From NCBI GenBank assembly GCA_016193365.1, contig JACPSI010000017.1, forward strand, positions 8,679 to 72,678: DNA of 64,000 nucleotides, written 5' to 3'. Shown here in pieces: positions 18,758-27,838 of this stretch. Under the pieces are notes generated by a model. It searched no databases. It saw only the letters and a list, made by a program, of their open reading frames with translations, and was not told the DNA's origin. The translations under genes were made by a program, and so were the position numbers. Position 1 is the stretch's first letter, and each line of letters begins with the position of its first letter. The stretch comes from Ignavibacteriales bacterium (GTDB taxonomy: Bacteria; Bacteroidota; Ignavibacteria; UBA10030).

Positions 18758-19771
18758 ATTGCCACCGCGCTCGTAACAGGCGGAACCGGATTCATCGGAA
18801 GTCATACCGTTGAACATTTGCTGCAACTCGGTTTCAACGTTCGTTGCCTGATTCGTCCCGGAAGACGCAACCTTGGCTGGCTTGAAAGGCTGCCCACCGA
18901 AAACGTTTTTGCCAATCTGCACGAGCCTTCATCCTTACCTTCAGTAGTGGACGGAGTGGATTTTCTCTTCCACATTGCAGGCGTCACGAAAGCAAAACGC
19001 ATTGAGGAGTATTTTGAAGGAAACGTCACGGCAACAAGAAATCTTCTCGAAGCAGCTTCCACAAATCGATCTCTAAAGAAATTCTGCCTCGTGAGCAGTC
19101 TCACCGCCGTCGGACCCAGCAGTGACGGGACGCCTTTGGATGAATCCGCAACGTGCAAGCCAATTACTGAATACGGCCGCTCCAAGCTTCAGGCGGAAGA
19201 AACAGCGCTGGCTTTTGCAGACCGGGTCCCGCTGACAATCATTCGTCCTCCTGCCGTCTACGGACCGCGCGACAGGGATATTCTCGAGCTCTTCCGGACA
19301 GCAAAATGGGGCTTTCGGCCCGTCCTGGGACCCAGGGACAAAACACTGAGCCTCATTCATGTTTCCGACCTTGCACGAGCGCTTGTTTCTGCAACGGTTT
19401 CGGACAAAACAGCGGGGCAAACCTACTTTGCAGCAAATGAAAGCGTTTACTCTTATTCCGAGCTTTATCATGAGCTTTCATCCATCATTGGCCACTCGAC
19501 TTTTCCGCTGCCGATTCCCGACGCCATACTCTATACGATCGCCGGCGGAGCTGAGTTCGTTTCCCGCCTGGGGCCTCGGCCCGCCATACTGAGCATAGAC
19601 AAAGCACGCGACCTCATTCAACGTCATTGGGTTTGCAGCGTGGAAAAATTGCGAAAGGAAGTGGATTTTTTCACCAACATTGAAATCAAAGCAGGGCTCC
19701 GCGCTACCTACGACTGGTATGAATCCCGCAGTTGGCTGAGCTTGAAAACGATGTTCGGCGTTCACGATTGA
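18758..19771 (+). CDS. NAD(P)-dependent epimerase/dehydratase (extended SDR), candidate ceramide reductase CerR
   Basis: ALVTGGTGFIG Rossmann motif lies upstream of the ORF-track start; HIAG, YGRSK and RPPAVYGPRD; start probably ATT at 18758. Confidence 0.8.
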   Translation: MATALVTGGTGFIGSHTVEHLLQLGFNVRCLIRPGRRNLGWLERLPTENVFANLHEPSSLPSVVDGVDFLFHIAGVTKAKRIEEYFEGNVTATRNLLEAASTNRSLKKFCLVSSLTAVGPSSDGTPLDESATCKPITEYGRSKLQAEETALAFADRVPLTIIRPPAVYGPRDRDILELFRTAKWGFRPVLGPRDKTLSLIHVSDLARALVSATVSDKTAGQTYFAANESVYSYSELYHELSSIIGHSTFPLPIPDAILYTIAGGAEFVSRLGPRPAILSIDKARDLIQRHWVCSVEKLRKEVDFFTNIEIKAGLRATYDWYESRSWLSLKTMFGVHD

Positions 19772-19796
19772 ATTTCGCGGGCGATCTTCTTATATT
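19768..19796 (+). promoter_or_regulatory. Sigma70-type promoter
   Basis: TTGAAT-17 nt-TATATT. Confidence 0.65.
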
Positions 19797-19849
19797 GTAA
19801 GGGGCGGATGTTCCGTCAATGTAATCATGGCAAACATTAAACCTCTCCC

Positions 19850-20257
19850 TTGAAAAAAAGCGATGGCATGTTCAAAGCAAAAGTCAAGATTTCAAACCCC
19901 ACGGATCCCAACCGATTCTTTGAAGAAGATTTCTGCGTCGACACCGGAGCACTTTACAGCCTCGCTCCAGAAGACCGTCTCCAGGAGATTGGAGTTAAGC
20001 CACTCCACAGCAGGGACCTCCTCTTGGCTGATGGACGACGTGATCGGCGACTGCTGGGAGAAGCCTTGTTTACTCTGCGAGAATTCAATGAAACCTTCAC
20101 ATGCCCAATAGTGTTTGGGCCAAAGGATTCGCTGTTCCTGCTCGGTGCTACAGCGCTTGAAAACTTTGGAGTCGAGGCCGACCCGGCCAATCAAAAGCTG
20201 AAGCCAGTTTTGGCTATCATTGGCGGTTTTCGTGCCTCAAGGAGGGGGATGAAGTAA
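19850..20257 (+). CDS. Clan AA (retropepsin-like) aspartic protease
   Basis: VDTGA catalytic motif, LADG and LLGATALE; the start may be ATG 19868. Confidence 0.8.
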   Translation: MKKSDGMFKAKVKISNPTDPNRFFEEDFCVDTGALYSLAPEDRLQEIGVKPLHSRDLLLADGRRDRRLLGEALFTLREFNETFTCPIVFGPKDSLFLLGATALENFGVEADPANQKLKPVLAIIGGFRASRRGMK

Positions 20258-20274
20258 CCGAACTTGGTACTCGC

Positions 20275-20347
20275 GGCGATGGAGTTCGCCAAAACCGAGG
20301 CCTATCAATTCGTCAAGTGGATTGAGACGTCTTCTAATGACTCCTAC
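20275..20347 (+). ncRNA. Fluoride riboswitch (crcB motif)
   Basis: GGCGATGGAGTTCGCC-AAAACCG...CTAATGACTCCTAC consensus directly upstream of crcB. Confidence 0.93.
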
Positions 20348-20375
20348 ACTGAAACATCGGTGGTAGGAGTTTTTT
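20340..20375 (+). terminator. Riboswitch expression-platform terminator
   Basis: ACTCCTAC-ACTGAAACATCGGTG-GTAGGAGT plus T-tract, overlapping the aptamer 3' end. Confidence 0.88.
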
Positions 20376-20443
20376 CTTTTTATGGCAAAACTGACGGGCC
20401 TCACGCTGTCCCATTGACCCCGGCGAGGTCGAAAGGATAAATT

Positions 20444-20818
20444 GTGAAGAACTATTTTCTTGTCTTTTTCGGCGGAGGCCTAGGGGCTTCCGCAAGATAC
20501 TGGCTTTCTGGTGCCGTTTACCGGTGGCTGCCAGCGGACTTTCCCTATGGAAACCTCGTCGTAAACACGGTCGGATGTTTTCTCATCGGAATTCTCATTG
20601 CCTCGGTGGAAGAACGCTTCCTGATGCAACCGTCTATAAGAATTTTTCTCGCCATTGGAATACTTGGCGGATTCACAACTTTTTCTTCGTTTTCATACGA
20701 AACCATAGCTCTTTTCAGAGACGGAGAGTCTTTTCGCGCGTTTCTGAACATTTTTTCCACGGTGATTGGATGTCTGGGGGCTACGTGGTTTGGTATGCAA
20801 CTCGGAAGATTTGTTTAA
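20444..20818 (+). CDS. crcB: Fluoride channel Fluc/CrcB
   Basis: GGGLGASARY, VNTVGC and GGFTTFSSF. Confidence 0.95.
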   Translation: MKNYFLVFFGGGLGASARYWLSGAVYRWLPADFPYGNLVVNTVGCFLIGILIASVEERFLMQPSIRIFLAIGILGGFTTFSSFSYETIALFRDGESFRAFLNIFSTVIGCLGATWFGMQLGRFV

Positions 20819-20829
20819 GGAGATCACTC

Positions 20830-21189
20830 ATGAAACTTAACAGGAACGGAAAGCTTCTGCGTATCTTCATCGGAGAGTCGGACAGAGTTGACGGAAAGCC
20901 GCTGTACGAGTTGATCGTTCAGCGCGCCAAAAAGGAAGGGTTGGCGGGCGCCACTGTTTTAAGGGGAGTTGAAGGGTTTGGGGCGGACAGCCGGATGATC
21001 CACACGGCAAAAATCCTGCGACTGTCGGAGGATCTGCCCCTGGTGATCGAAATCGTCGACCAGGAGAAAAAGTTGAAGAGTTTTCTTGGGATTATTGACC
21101 TGCTGTTCGAAAAAGCTGGTTGCGGCGGCTTGATAACTCTGGAAAAAGCGGAAATTATTCGTTATTCGGCAGGCGAGAATGGGGCTTAG
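20830..21189 (+). CDS. DUF190 (PII-like) protein
   Basis: LRIFIGESD, GATVLRG.EGFG and LSEDLP; usual crcB partner; AGGAG RBS. Confidence 0.9.
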   Translation: MKLNRNGKLLRIFIGESDRVDGKPLYELIVQRAKKEGLAGATVLRGVEGFGADSRMIHTAKILRLSEDLPLVIEIVDQEKKLKSFLGIIDLLFEKAGCGGLITLEKAEIIRYSAGENGA

Positions 21190-21234
21190 TGCAACAGAAC
21201 CTCCTTCTCCAAAAGATTGCATGACATCGGCTTT

Positions 21235-22329
21235 TCAATCGCGCACCCTTTGAGCCAGTGCATCTGGATCTGCCACTTCGATAGACTGGCCGGCAAAATA
21301 TTTTTTCTCAAACCACAGCGAGACATTCACAAGGCCGATCAGTACCGGTACTTCCACGAGAGGGCCGACGACGGTTGCGAACGCGACAGCTGAGTTGATG
21401 CCAAAAACGGCGACGGCCACCGCAATCGCCAGCTCGAAATCATTGCTTCCCGCAGTGAACGCCACAGTCGTTGTCTTCGGATACGAGGTCCCCATCTTCT
21501 TCGCCAGGAAAAACGTTGCAAAGAACATGAGTGCAAAATAGATGGAATACGGGATGGCCGCGCGGAGGACATCGAGCGGAAGTTGAACGATGAATTCACC
21601 CTTCAGGGAAAACATCACAAAGATGGTGAACAGGAGTGCGGCGGGAGTCAAGGGAGAGAGTTTTGGAATGAACACCTCGTGATACCAATTCCGGCCCTTC
21701 AGTTTCACAAATATCAGCCTTGTTATCATCCCCGCAGCGAAGGGAATGCCTAGATAAATAAAGACCGTCACTGCTATTTCGCCAATCGAGATTTCGACAA
21801 TCGCACCGCTCAAACCGAACAGCGGCGGAAGCACTGTGATAAAAAAATACGCGTAGACCGAGTACAGAAACACCAGGAAAATTGCATTGAGCGAGACCAA
21901 TCCGGCGGCTAACTCGGCATCTCCTTTTGCCAAATCATTCCAGACGAGAACCATGGCAATGCAGCGCGCCAGTCCAACCAGAATAACACCCACCATCATT
22001 TCAGGCTTGTCCGGGAGAAGAACAATGGCAAGCAGAAACATGAGCATCGGGCCAACAACCCAGTTTTGAACCAACGAGAGCAACAAAAGGCGAAGGTTTC
22101 TGAAGACCACCGGGAGTTCCTCGTAACGTACCTTAGCAAGAGGCGGATACATCATGAGAATCAACCCGATTGCGATGGGGATGTTGGTTGTTCCCGACTT
22201 GAACGTGTCCCAGAAACCGGCTATTGAAGGAAGGAAGTAACCCGCGACCACGCCAATCGCCATGGTGAGAAAAATCCACAGCGTGAGATATCTGTCTATG
22301 AAAGAAAGCTTTCGTGTTGCAGTTTGCAA
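21235..22329 (-). CDS. acr3: ACR3 family arsenite efflux transporter
   Basis: [28 protein letters not shown] and GPLVEVP. Confidence 0.93.
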   Translation of the reverse strand: MQTATRKLSFIDRYLTLWIFLTMAIGVVAGYFLPSIAGFWDTFKSGTTNIPIAIGLILMMYPPLAKVRYEELPVVFRNLRLLLLSLVQNWVVGPMLMFLLAIVLLPDKPEMMVGVILVGLARCIAMVLVWNDLAKGDAELAAGLVSLNAIFLVFLYSVYAYFFITVLPPLFGLSGAIVEISIGEIAVTVFIYLGIPFAAGMITRLIFVKLKGRNWYHEVFIPKLSPLTPAALLFTIFVMFSLKGEFIVQLPLDVLRAAIPYSIYFALMFFATFFLAKKMGTSYPKTTTVAFTAGSNDFELAIAVAVAVFGINSAVAFATVVGPLVEVPVLIGLVNVSLWFEKKYFAGQSIEVADPDALAQRVRD

Positions 22330-22344
22330 GGAGGAACGAATCCG

Positions 22345-23364
22345 TTAACGAACGAAGAACAAGTTCAGTATCCAGTAGGAAACCGCGGCAAGGAGGGCAG
22401 ATCCCGGGATAGTGAGAATCCAGGCAGCGACTATTCTCTTTGCCACACCCCATCGCACCGCTGAGAGGCGTTTCGTTGCTCCAACACCCATGATAGCGCC
22501 GGTGATGGTATGCGTTGTGCTGACGGCGATACCGAACAATGCTGTCCCTCCGAGAACGAGCGAGGCACCGAACTCCGCACAAAAGCCGTGGATTGGTTTC
22601 AGGCTCGTAATCTTCACTCCCATTGTGCGAACAACCTTCCATCCTCCCAAAAGTGTCCCAAGCGAAATCGCCGTGTGTGCAGCAAGAATGACCCACATCG
22701 GTACATAGAATCCTTCCGATTTATCGTAAAGCCACGCGGGCAATTCGGCTTGCGATGCAAACAGCAAGGCTGCAATAATGCCCATCGTTTTTTGGGCATC
22801 GTTTGACCCATGGCCAAGACTGTAAGCCGCCGAAGAAATGAGCTGACCAACACGGAACACCTTGTCTACTTTGCGAAGAGGAGAGTCCTTCACAATCCAT
22901 GTCACGGCAACCATGAAAATGAAGCTGAAAATCATTCCGATGATGGGAGAAAGCACGATGAAAATTCCGATTTTGATGATCCCCGTGGAGATGAGAGCAC
23001 CAAATCCCGCACTTGCCACACCCGCTCCTGCAAATCCACCCATCAATGCATGAGAGACGCTGATCGGCAAACCATAGTGTGTGCACACATACGTCCAGAT
23101 AATCGAACCGATGAGTCCGCCAAGGATGAGCTGTTCCGTGACGAGGCTCGGATCGACAATGTCCTTTCCAATGGTCTTTGCGACAGCAACCCCAAACCCA
23201 AACGCAGCCACAAAGTTAAAGAATGCTGCCCACAGCACGGCAAGCCGGGCGGGGAGCACCCGTGTCGATACGACGGTAGCAATGGAATTGGCCGCGTCGT
23301 TCATCCCGTTGAGAAAATCAAACACCAACGCAACAAAAACGATAAAAAGGGTCAGAAGAATCAT
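22345..23364 (-). CDS. Inorganic phosphate transporter, PiT family
   Basis: NGMNDAAN, HGSNDAQK and VSTTH. Confidence 0.93.
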   Translation of the reverse strand: MILLTLFIVFVALVFDFLNGMNDAANSIATVVSTRVLPARLAVLWAAFFNFVAAFGFGVAVAKTIGKDIVDPSLVTEQLILGGLIGSIIWTYVCTHYGLPISVSHALMGGFAGAGVASAGFGALISTGIIKIGIFIVLSPIIGMIFSFIFMVAVTWIVKDSPLRKVDKVFRVGQLISSAAYSLGHGSNDAQKTMGIIAALLFASQAELPAWLYDKSEGFYVPMWVILAAHTAISLGTLLGGWKVVRTMGVKITSLKPIHGFCAEFGASLVLGGTALFGIAVSTTHTITGAIMGVGATKRLSAVRWGVAKRIVAAWILTIPGSALLAAVSYWILNLFFVR

Positions 23365-23378
23365 AACGGATTGCGAGC

Positions 23379-24026
23379 TTAAGCGTGCTTTATGAGAATG
23401 CCTTCGAGAACATTTGCCGCGTCTTCACATTTATCCGTGGCAGTTTCCAACCCGACATAAATCTCTTTGAGCTTGATCACCTCGATAGGGTTTTTCACTT
23501 TGTCGAAGAGGTCGGCAACGGCTTGCTCAAAGACCGAATCCGCATCGTTCTCAAATTGATGAACGCGCTGAAACACAGTTTGCAATCCATCCGTTTTTTC
23601 GGGATTCCTGAGCAATCTGATCCCTCCCTGCAGTTCGACGATGGATTGAGATAAAATTTCAATGAGTTTGACCATCTGCGGCGGGCACTTTTTTATTTTG
23701 TACAACGTAAACCGGCCGGCGCTCCCGTCGATGTGGTCGAGAATGTCGTCAAGGGCGGATGTCAGCTTGTAAATATCCTCCCTGTCGAATTCCGTGACAA
23801 ACGTACTGTTTAACTGCGAAAATATCTCGTGCGTCACATCGTCCCCCTTGTGTTCGATTTCCTTGATCTGGCTGACAAGGCGCTCGCGTTCCCGACTGTT
23901 CTTGGTCAACGATAGTTTTTTCAACGTTTCGGACGCACGAACAATATTCTGAGCCGACTCCTCCAGTAAGGGGAAGAATTTGTCTTCATGGGGTAAGAGT
24001 TTGCGAATCCATTGGTCGAGTTTCAT
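23379..24026 (-). CDS. DUF47 / PhoU-like phosphate transport regulator
   Basis: EHKGD, TEFDREDI, DDILD and ETATDKCED; upstream of pit; GGAGG RBS before ATG 24026. Confidence 0.9.
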   Translation of the reverse strand: MKLDQWIRKLLPHEDKFFPLLEESAQNIVRASETLKKLSLTKNSRERERLVSQIKEIEHKGDDVTHEIFSQLNSTFVTEFDREDIYKLTSALDDILDHIDGSAGRFTLYKIKKCPPQMVKLIEILSQSIVELQGGIRLLRNPEKTDGLQTVFQRVHQFENDADSVFEQAVADLFDKVKNPIEVIKLKEIYVGLETATDKCEDAANVLEGILIKHA

Positions 24027-24069
24027 TGTAGACCTCCCTTTTCGTTTTGAATGTTCAATGTTCGTTCGC

Positions 24070-25824
24070 TCATTGCGACCTTTCCAAACGCCGCCGCATA
24101 TCTTTGTGTTCCTCCCATAATTCATCCGGCAATCTTTTACCAAACTTGCCGAAGGAATCTTCGATATTGTCAGTACCTTGCAACCAGCCATCCTTGTCGA
24201 TGGACAAAAGCTCATTCATCGCTTCCGTGGTGATATCCAAGCCGTGGGTATCAATTGACTGCGGAGTGGGAACATAGCCGATGGGCGTTTCAACAGCCTT
24301 GCCGCCGTCGCGCACGCGTTCAAGAATCCATTTGAGCACACGGATATTCTCGCCATATCCCGGCCACAGGAACTTGCCGTCGCTGTTTTTTCTGAACCAA
24401 TTCACGCGAAAAATCTTGGGCTGTTTCTTGATCTGTTTTCCCATCTCCAGCCAATGTCGAAAATAATCCGCCATGTTGTATCCGCAAAATGGGAGCATCG
24501 CCATGGGATCCCGCCGCACTACTCCGACCGCACCAGTTGCAGCAGCAGTTGTCTCTGCCCCCATTCCCGCTCCCATGAACACTCCGTGCTGCCAATTGTA
24601 TGCCTGGAAGACAAGCGGAACAACAGTAGACCGGCGACTGCCAAAAATAATCGCCGAAATCGGAACGCCTGTGGGGGCTTCCCAGTGAGGCGATATGATC
24701 GGACATTGTTTTGCTGGAGCCGTGAACCGGGAATTTGGATGAGCTGCCTTTTCGACGCTGTCCGCATAGCGCCTCCCCTGCCAATCAATCAGTCCCTGTG
24801 GGGTAGAATTCCCCATCCCTTCCCACCACGGCTGAAGGTCCGGCGTGATGGCCACGTTCGTAAAAATTGTGTTGTGATTGATCGTCCGCATGGCGATCGG
24901 ATTCGTTTTGACGCTTGTACCTGGAGCAACACCGAAGAATCCTGCTTCGGGATTGATTGCTCTGAGCTGGCCTTCCTCATCGATGTGAAGCCATGCAATG
25001 TCGTCGCCCACGGTCCATACTTTGTATCCTTCGTGTTCGAGCGTGGAGACCATCATGGCAAGGTTTGTTTTTCCCGACGCACTCGGGAACGCAGCCGCCA
25101 TGTACGTCACCTTTCCCGACGGGTCTTCCAAACCAAGGATGAGCATATGTTCCGCCATCCAACCCTGCCGGCGCGCCATGTAGCTGGCGATGCGCAGTGC
25201 GAAGCACTTCTTGCCAAGCAATGCATTTCCACCGTAGCCCGAGCCGATACTCCAGATGAGCTTCTCTTCGGGAAAGTGCATGATAAAGCGCCGGTCGGGC
25301 GAAAGATCTCCAAGGGAGTGCAGCCCGGGAACAAATTCACGGCTTTTTTCAAGATGATTCATTGCAACATCCCCGACGCGCGCCATGATATGCATGTTCA
25401 CTGCAACGTAAAGGCTATCAGTGACCTCTACTCCCACCTTGCTGTATTCGGATCCAACAGGTCCCATCAGGTATGGGATAACATACATCGTCCTGCCCTT
25501 CATGCTACCGTTGAAAAGCTTCGAGACTTTTTCTTTTGCTTCTTTGGGGGCCATCCAGTTGTTGCTTGGCCCGGCATCATCCCGCTTTTCGGTGCAAATG
25601 AAGGTCAGGTTTTCGGTCCTCGCAACATCGCCCGGATGACTGCGATGAAGGTAACAGTTAGGATAGGTTCTTGAATTCAATTCGAGCAATGTTCCATCCG
25701 CCAGCATTACACGGATGAATCCGTTGTATTCTTCGGTCGAACCGTTGCACCAATGAACCCGGTCCGGTTTTGTCAGCTGCGCGGATTGGTCAACCCACTT
25801 TTCCACTTCGGACCGCATGGACAT
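24070..25824 (-). CDS. pckG: Phosphoenolpyruvate carboxykinase (GTP)
   Basis: DVAR, GYGGNALLGKKC, FPSASGKTN, GDDIAW, HPNSRF and DPMAMLPF. Confidence 0.95.
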   Translation of the reverse strand: MSMRSEVEKWVDQSAQLTKPDRVHWCNGSTEEYNGFIRVMLADGTLLELNSRTYPNCYLHRSHPGDVARTENLTFICTEKRDDAGPSNNWMAPKEAKEKVSKLFNGSMKGRTMYVIPYLMGPVGSEYSKVGVEVTDSLYVAVNMHIMARVGDVAMNHLEKSREFVPGLHSLGDLSPDRRFIMHFPEEKLIWSIGSGYGGNALLGKKCFALRIASYMARRQGWMAEHMLILGLEDPSGKVTYMAAAFPSASGKTNLAMMVSTLEHEGYKVWTVGDDIAWLHIDEEGQLRAINPEAGFFGVAPGTSVKTNPIAMRTINHNTIFTNVAITPDLQPWWEGMGNSTPQGLIDWQGRRYADSVEKAAHPNSRFTAPAKQCPIISPHWEAPTGVPISAIIFGSRRSTVVPLVFQAYNWQHGVFMGAGMGAETTAAATGAVGVVRRDPMAMLPFCGYNMADYFRHWLEMGKQIKKQPKIFRVNWFRKNSDGKFLWPGYGENIRVLKWILERVRDGGKAVETPIGYVPTPQSIDTHGLDITTEAMNELLSIDKDGWLQGTDNIEDSFGKFGKRLPDELWEEHKDMRRRLERSQ

Positions 25825-25866
25825 AGCTAGATTCTCTTGTTGTAAGGAGTTTTTAACATGAGAGTT

Positions 25867-26526
25867 CTATGAGCGGGTTTTCCAATTCCGGATTGTTTGC
25901 ACTTCTATCCTGATTTCGTCGCCAAGGACAGTACTCGGAATTGGGTCGGGATAAAACTTTTGACAGCAGGCATAGGCCTCGAGGCTCGTCATGTTCCAGT
26001 AGGACGGGCAGGAAGCGCAATGAATGTTCTCGCCCTCCAGGTAAAAATCCGTCGAGCGGCAGTTTTCGCTGATACTCATCGCCGTCACCAGCTTTCCACC
26101 GGGCGTGAGGTAGGCGATGATCGGAACATTCTGGTTTCCCTGTGGGTCAAAAAAACGGATCAGCCTGTGCTCGGTGACATCCTTTAACGAGACGACGAGA
26201 AACGGGCCTTCAATTTTTGCTTCGACGTTCCTGCTGGGAATTTTGTCCGATGTGCCAACAACATATTGCATCAGGGCGGGCTGCTTTTCAATCACCGGAT
26301 GATACATCCGAAAGGCATCTCGCACATAAACCATGAGACCGGCAGCAAGAACCGTCAGCAACAAGACCCTCATCAGCCATTTGCTCTTTGCGAGAGTTTT
26401 CGCGGACGAATCCCCGGCCGCGGCGACGACTCCAACGATTTTCGAGCCGCAGTGAGGGCAGAACTTAATCGATTCCTCAATTGCCGAGCCGCATTGTGGG
26501 CATTGTTTTTGCATTTGCTCAATCAA
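25867..26526 (-). CDS. Zinc-ribbon + TM + DUF2318-like Cys-rich domain protein
   Basis: CPQCG...FCPHCG; one TM; AYLTP.G..VTA.S, CASC and CQKFYPDP. Confidence 0.7.
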   Translation of the reverse strand: MIEQMQKQCPQCGSAIEESIKFCPHCGSKIVGVVAAAGDSSAKTLAKSKWLMRVLLLTVLAAGLMVYVRDAFRMYHPVIEKQPALMQYVVGTSDKIPSRNVEAKIEGPFLVVSLKDVTEHRLIRFFDPQGNQNVPIIAYLTPGGKLVTAMSISENCRSTDFYLEGENIHCASCPSYWNMTSLEAYACCQKFYPDPIPSTVLGDEIRIEVQTIRNWKTRS

Positions 26527-26558
26527 CCTTCATTTCAAAACGTGGACTCAAATCACAT

Positions 26559-27053
26559 TCACACTTTTGCGCTCAGGACTTTATTCTGGAGATCCAGTTT
26601 GTATTTTCGCAGTTTCTCGCGTATTTCCGGGTATTTGAGAGAAAGAATTTGACAAGCCAGCAACGCCGCGTTTGCGGCTCCGTCAATGGCGACGGTGGCG
26701 ACGGGAACCCCTGCGGGCATCTGAACAATCGAGAGCAGGGAATCGAGCCCGTTGAGTGCTTTTGATTTGATTGGCAAACCGATGACGGGCAAAGTTGTCT
26801 TCGAGGCGACAACGCCGGCAAGATGAGCTGCTCCGCCCGCCGCTGCGATAATAACCAGAATGCCCCGCCCTTCGGCCTCTTCGGCATACTGAAGAGTTTG
26901 ATCTGGCGTTCGGTGAGCGGAGAGAACCTTGAACTCGAAAGAGACGCCAAACTCCCTCAATATTGTTCGGGCCGGCTCGAGGCTTTCGGCATCCGATGCG
27001 CTCCCCATGAGTATTCCAATGAGCGGTGATGTAGAGGAGTCTGTCGTTTTCAA
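26559..27053 (-). CDS. purE: N5-CAIR mutase
   Basis: MGSASD, SAHRTP, AGGAAHL and [11 protein letters not shown]. Confidence 0.95.
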   Translation of the reverse strand: MKTTDSSTSPLIGILMGSASDAESLEPARTILREFGVSFEFKVLSAHRTPDQTLQYAEEAEGRGILVIIAAAGGAAHLAGVVASKTTLPVIGLPIKSKALNGLDSLLSIVQMPAGVPVATVAIDGAANAALLACQILSLKYPEIREKLRKYKLDLQNKVLSAKV

Positions 27054-27054
27054 G

Positions 27055-27777
27055 CTATTTCACTTTTGAAGCTGCAACATAATTGGCAATTAAGGCAGCC
27101 GTAGCCCCGGCACCAAAACCGTTATCGATGTTGACCACGGTCAACCCCGGCGAGCATGATTGCAGCATCGACATGAGAGCTGCCTCGCCCTTGCCGCCAT
27201 AACCGTAGCCAATGCTGGTTGGCACTCCGATAACGGGGACAGGCACGAGCCCACGCACGACCGAAGGCAAAGCCCCTTCCATTCCTGCCGCAACGACGAC
27301 TGCAGCAATTTCCTTTTGCACAATTGTTTCCACGGGACCGAGGAGCCTGTGGATCCCTGCAACTCCGACGTCATAGAATGCAAAAACTTCGCAGCCCATC
27401 ACTTCTGCCGTCACCTTCGCTTCCTCGGCAACAGGCAAGTCCGAGGTCCCTGCCGCCAGAACGGCGACCTTTCCACCTGTGGACTTAGGCTCATATTCGT
27501 GCCGCCGCACATGGAGAGTTCTTCCAGTCCTGTTGTGTTGAACGACAACCTTCGAGCTCAAGTGATCCAACGCATATTGCGCGCACACTTCGGAAACTCT
27601 GGTCGCCAGAGCATACCCGGACTTTTCAGCAAGAGCGTCCAGCATGCGTGCGACCTGCTCCGGCGTCTTCCCCTCGGCGAAAATGGCCTCAGGAATACCT
27701 GTCCGGTCCCGCCGTTGGATATCGAGGCGGGCAAATTGTTCGAGAATCTCCATGCGCTCGTGGTTGGGGTCAGACAT
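27055..27777 (-). CDS. larB: Nickel-pincer cofactor biosynthesis protein LarB
   Basis: [40 protein letters not shown] and [10 protein letters not shown]. Confidence 0.9.
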   Translation of the reverse strand: MSDPNHERMEILEQFARLDIQRRDRTGIPEAIFAEGKTPEQVARMLDALAEKSGYALATRVSEVCAQYALDHLSSKVVVQHNRTGRTLHVRRHEYEPKSTGGKVAVLAAGTSDLPVAEEAKVTAEVMGCEVFAFYDVGVAGIHRLLGPVETIVQKEIAAVVVAAGMEGALPSVVRGLVPVPVIGVPTSIGYGYGGKGEAALMSMLQSCSPGLTVVNIDNGFGAGATAALIANYVAASKVK

Positions 27778-27838
27778 GGTTCAAAGATTGGGTTTTTAAT
27801 ATACAAGAAAATCGGAAAAAGAACACACACGAATGGAT

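Noticed and set aside
24454-25674. 406-aa plus-strand ORF
   Set aside because: Antisense shadow of pckG with no recognisable motifs
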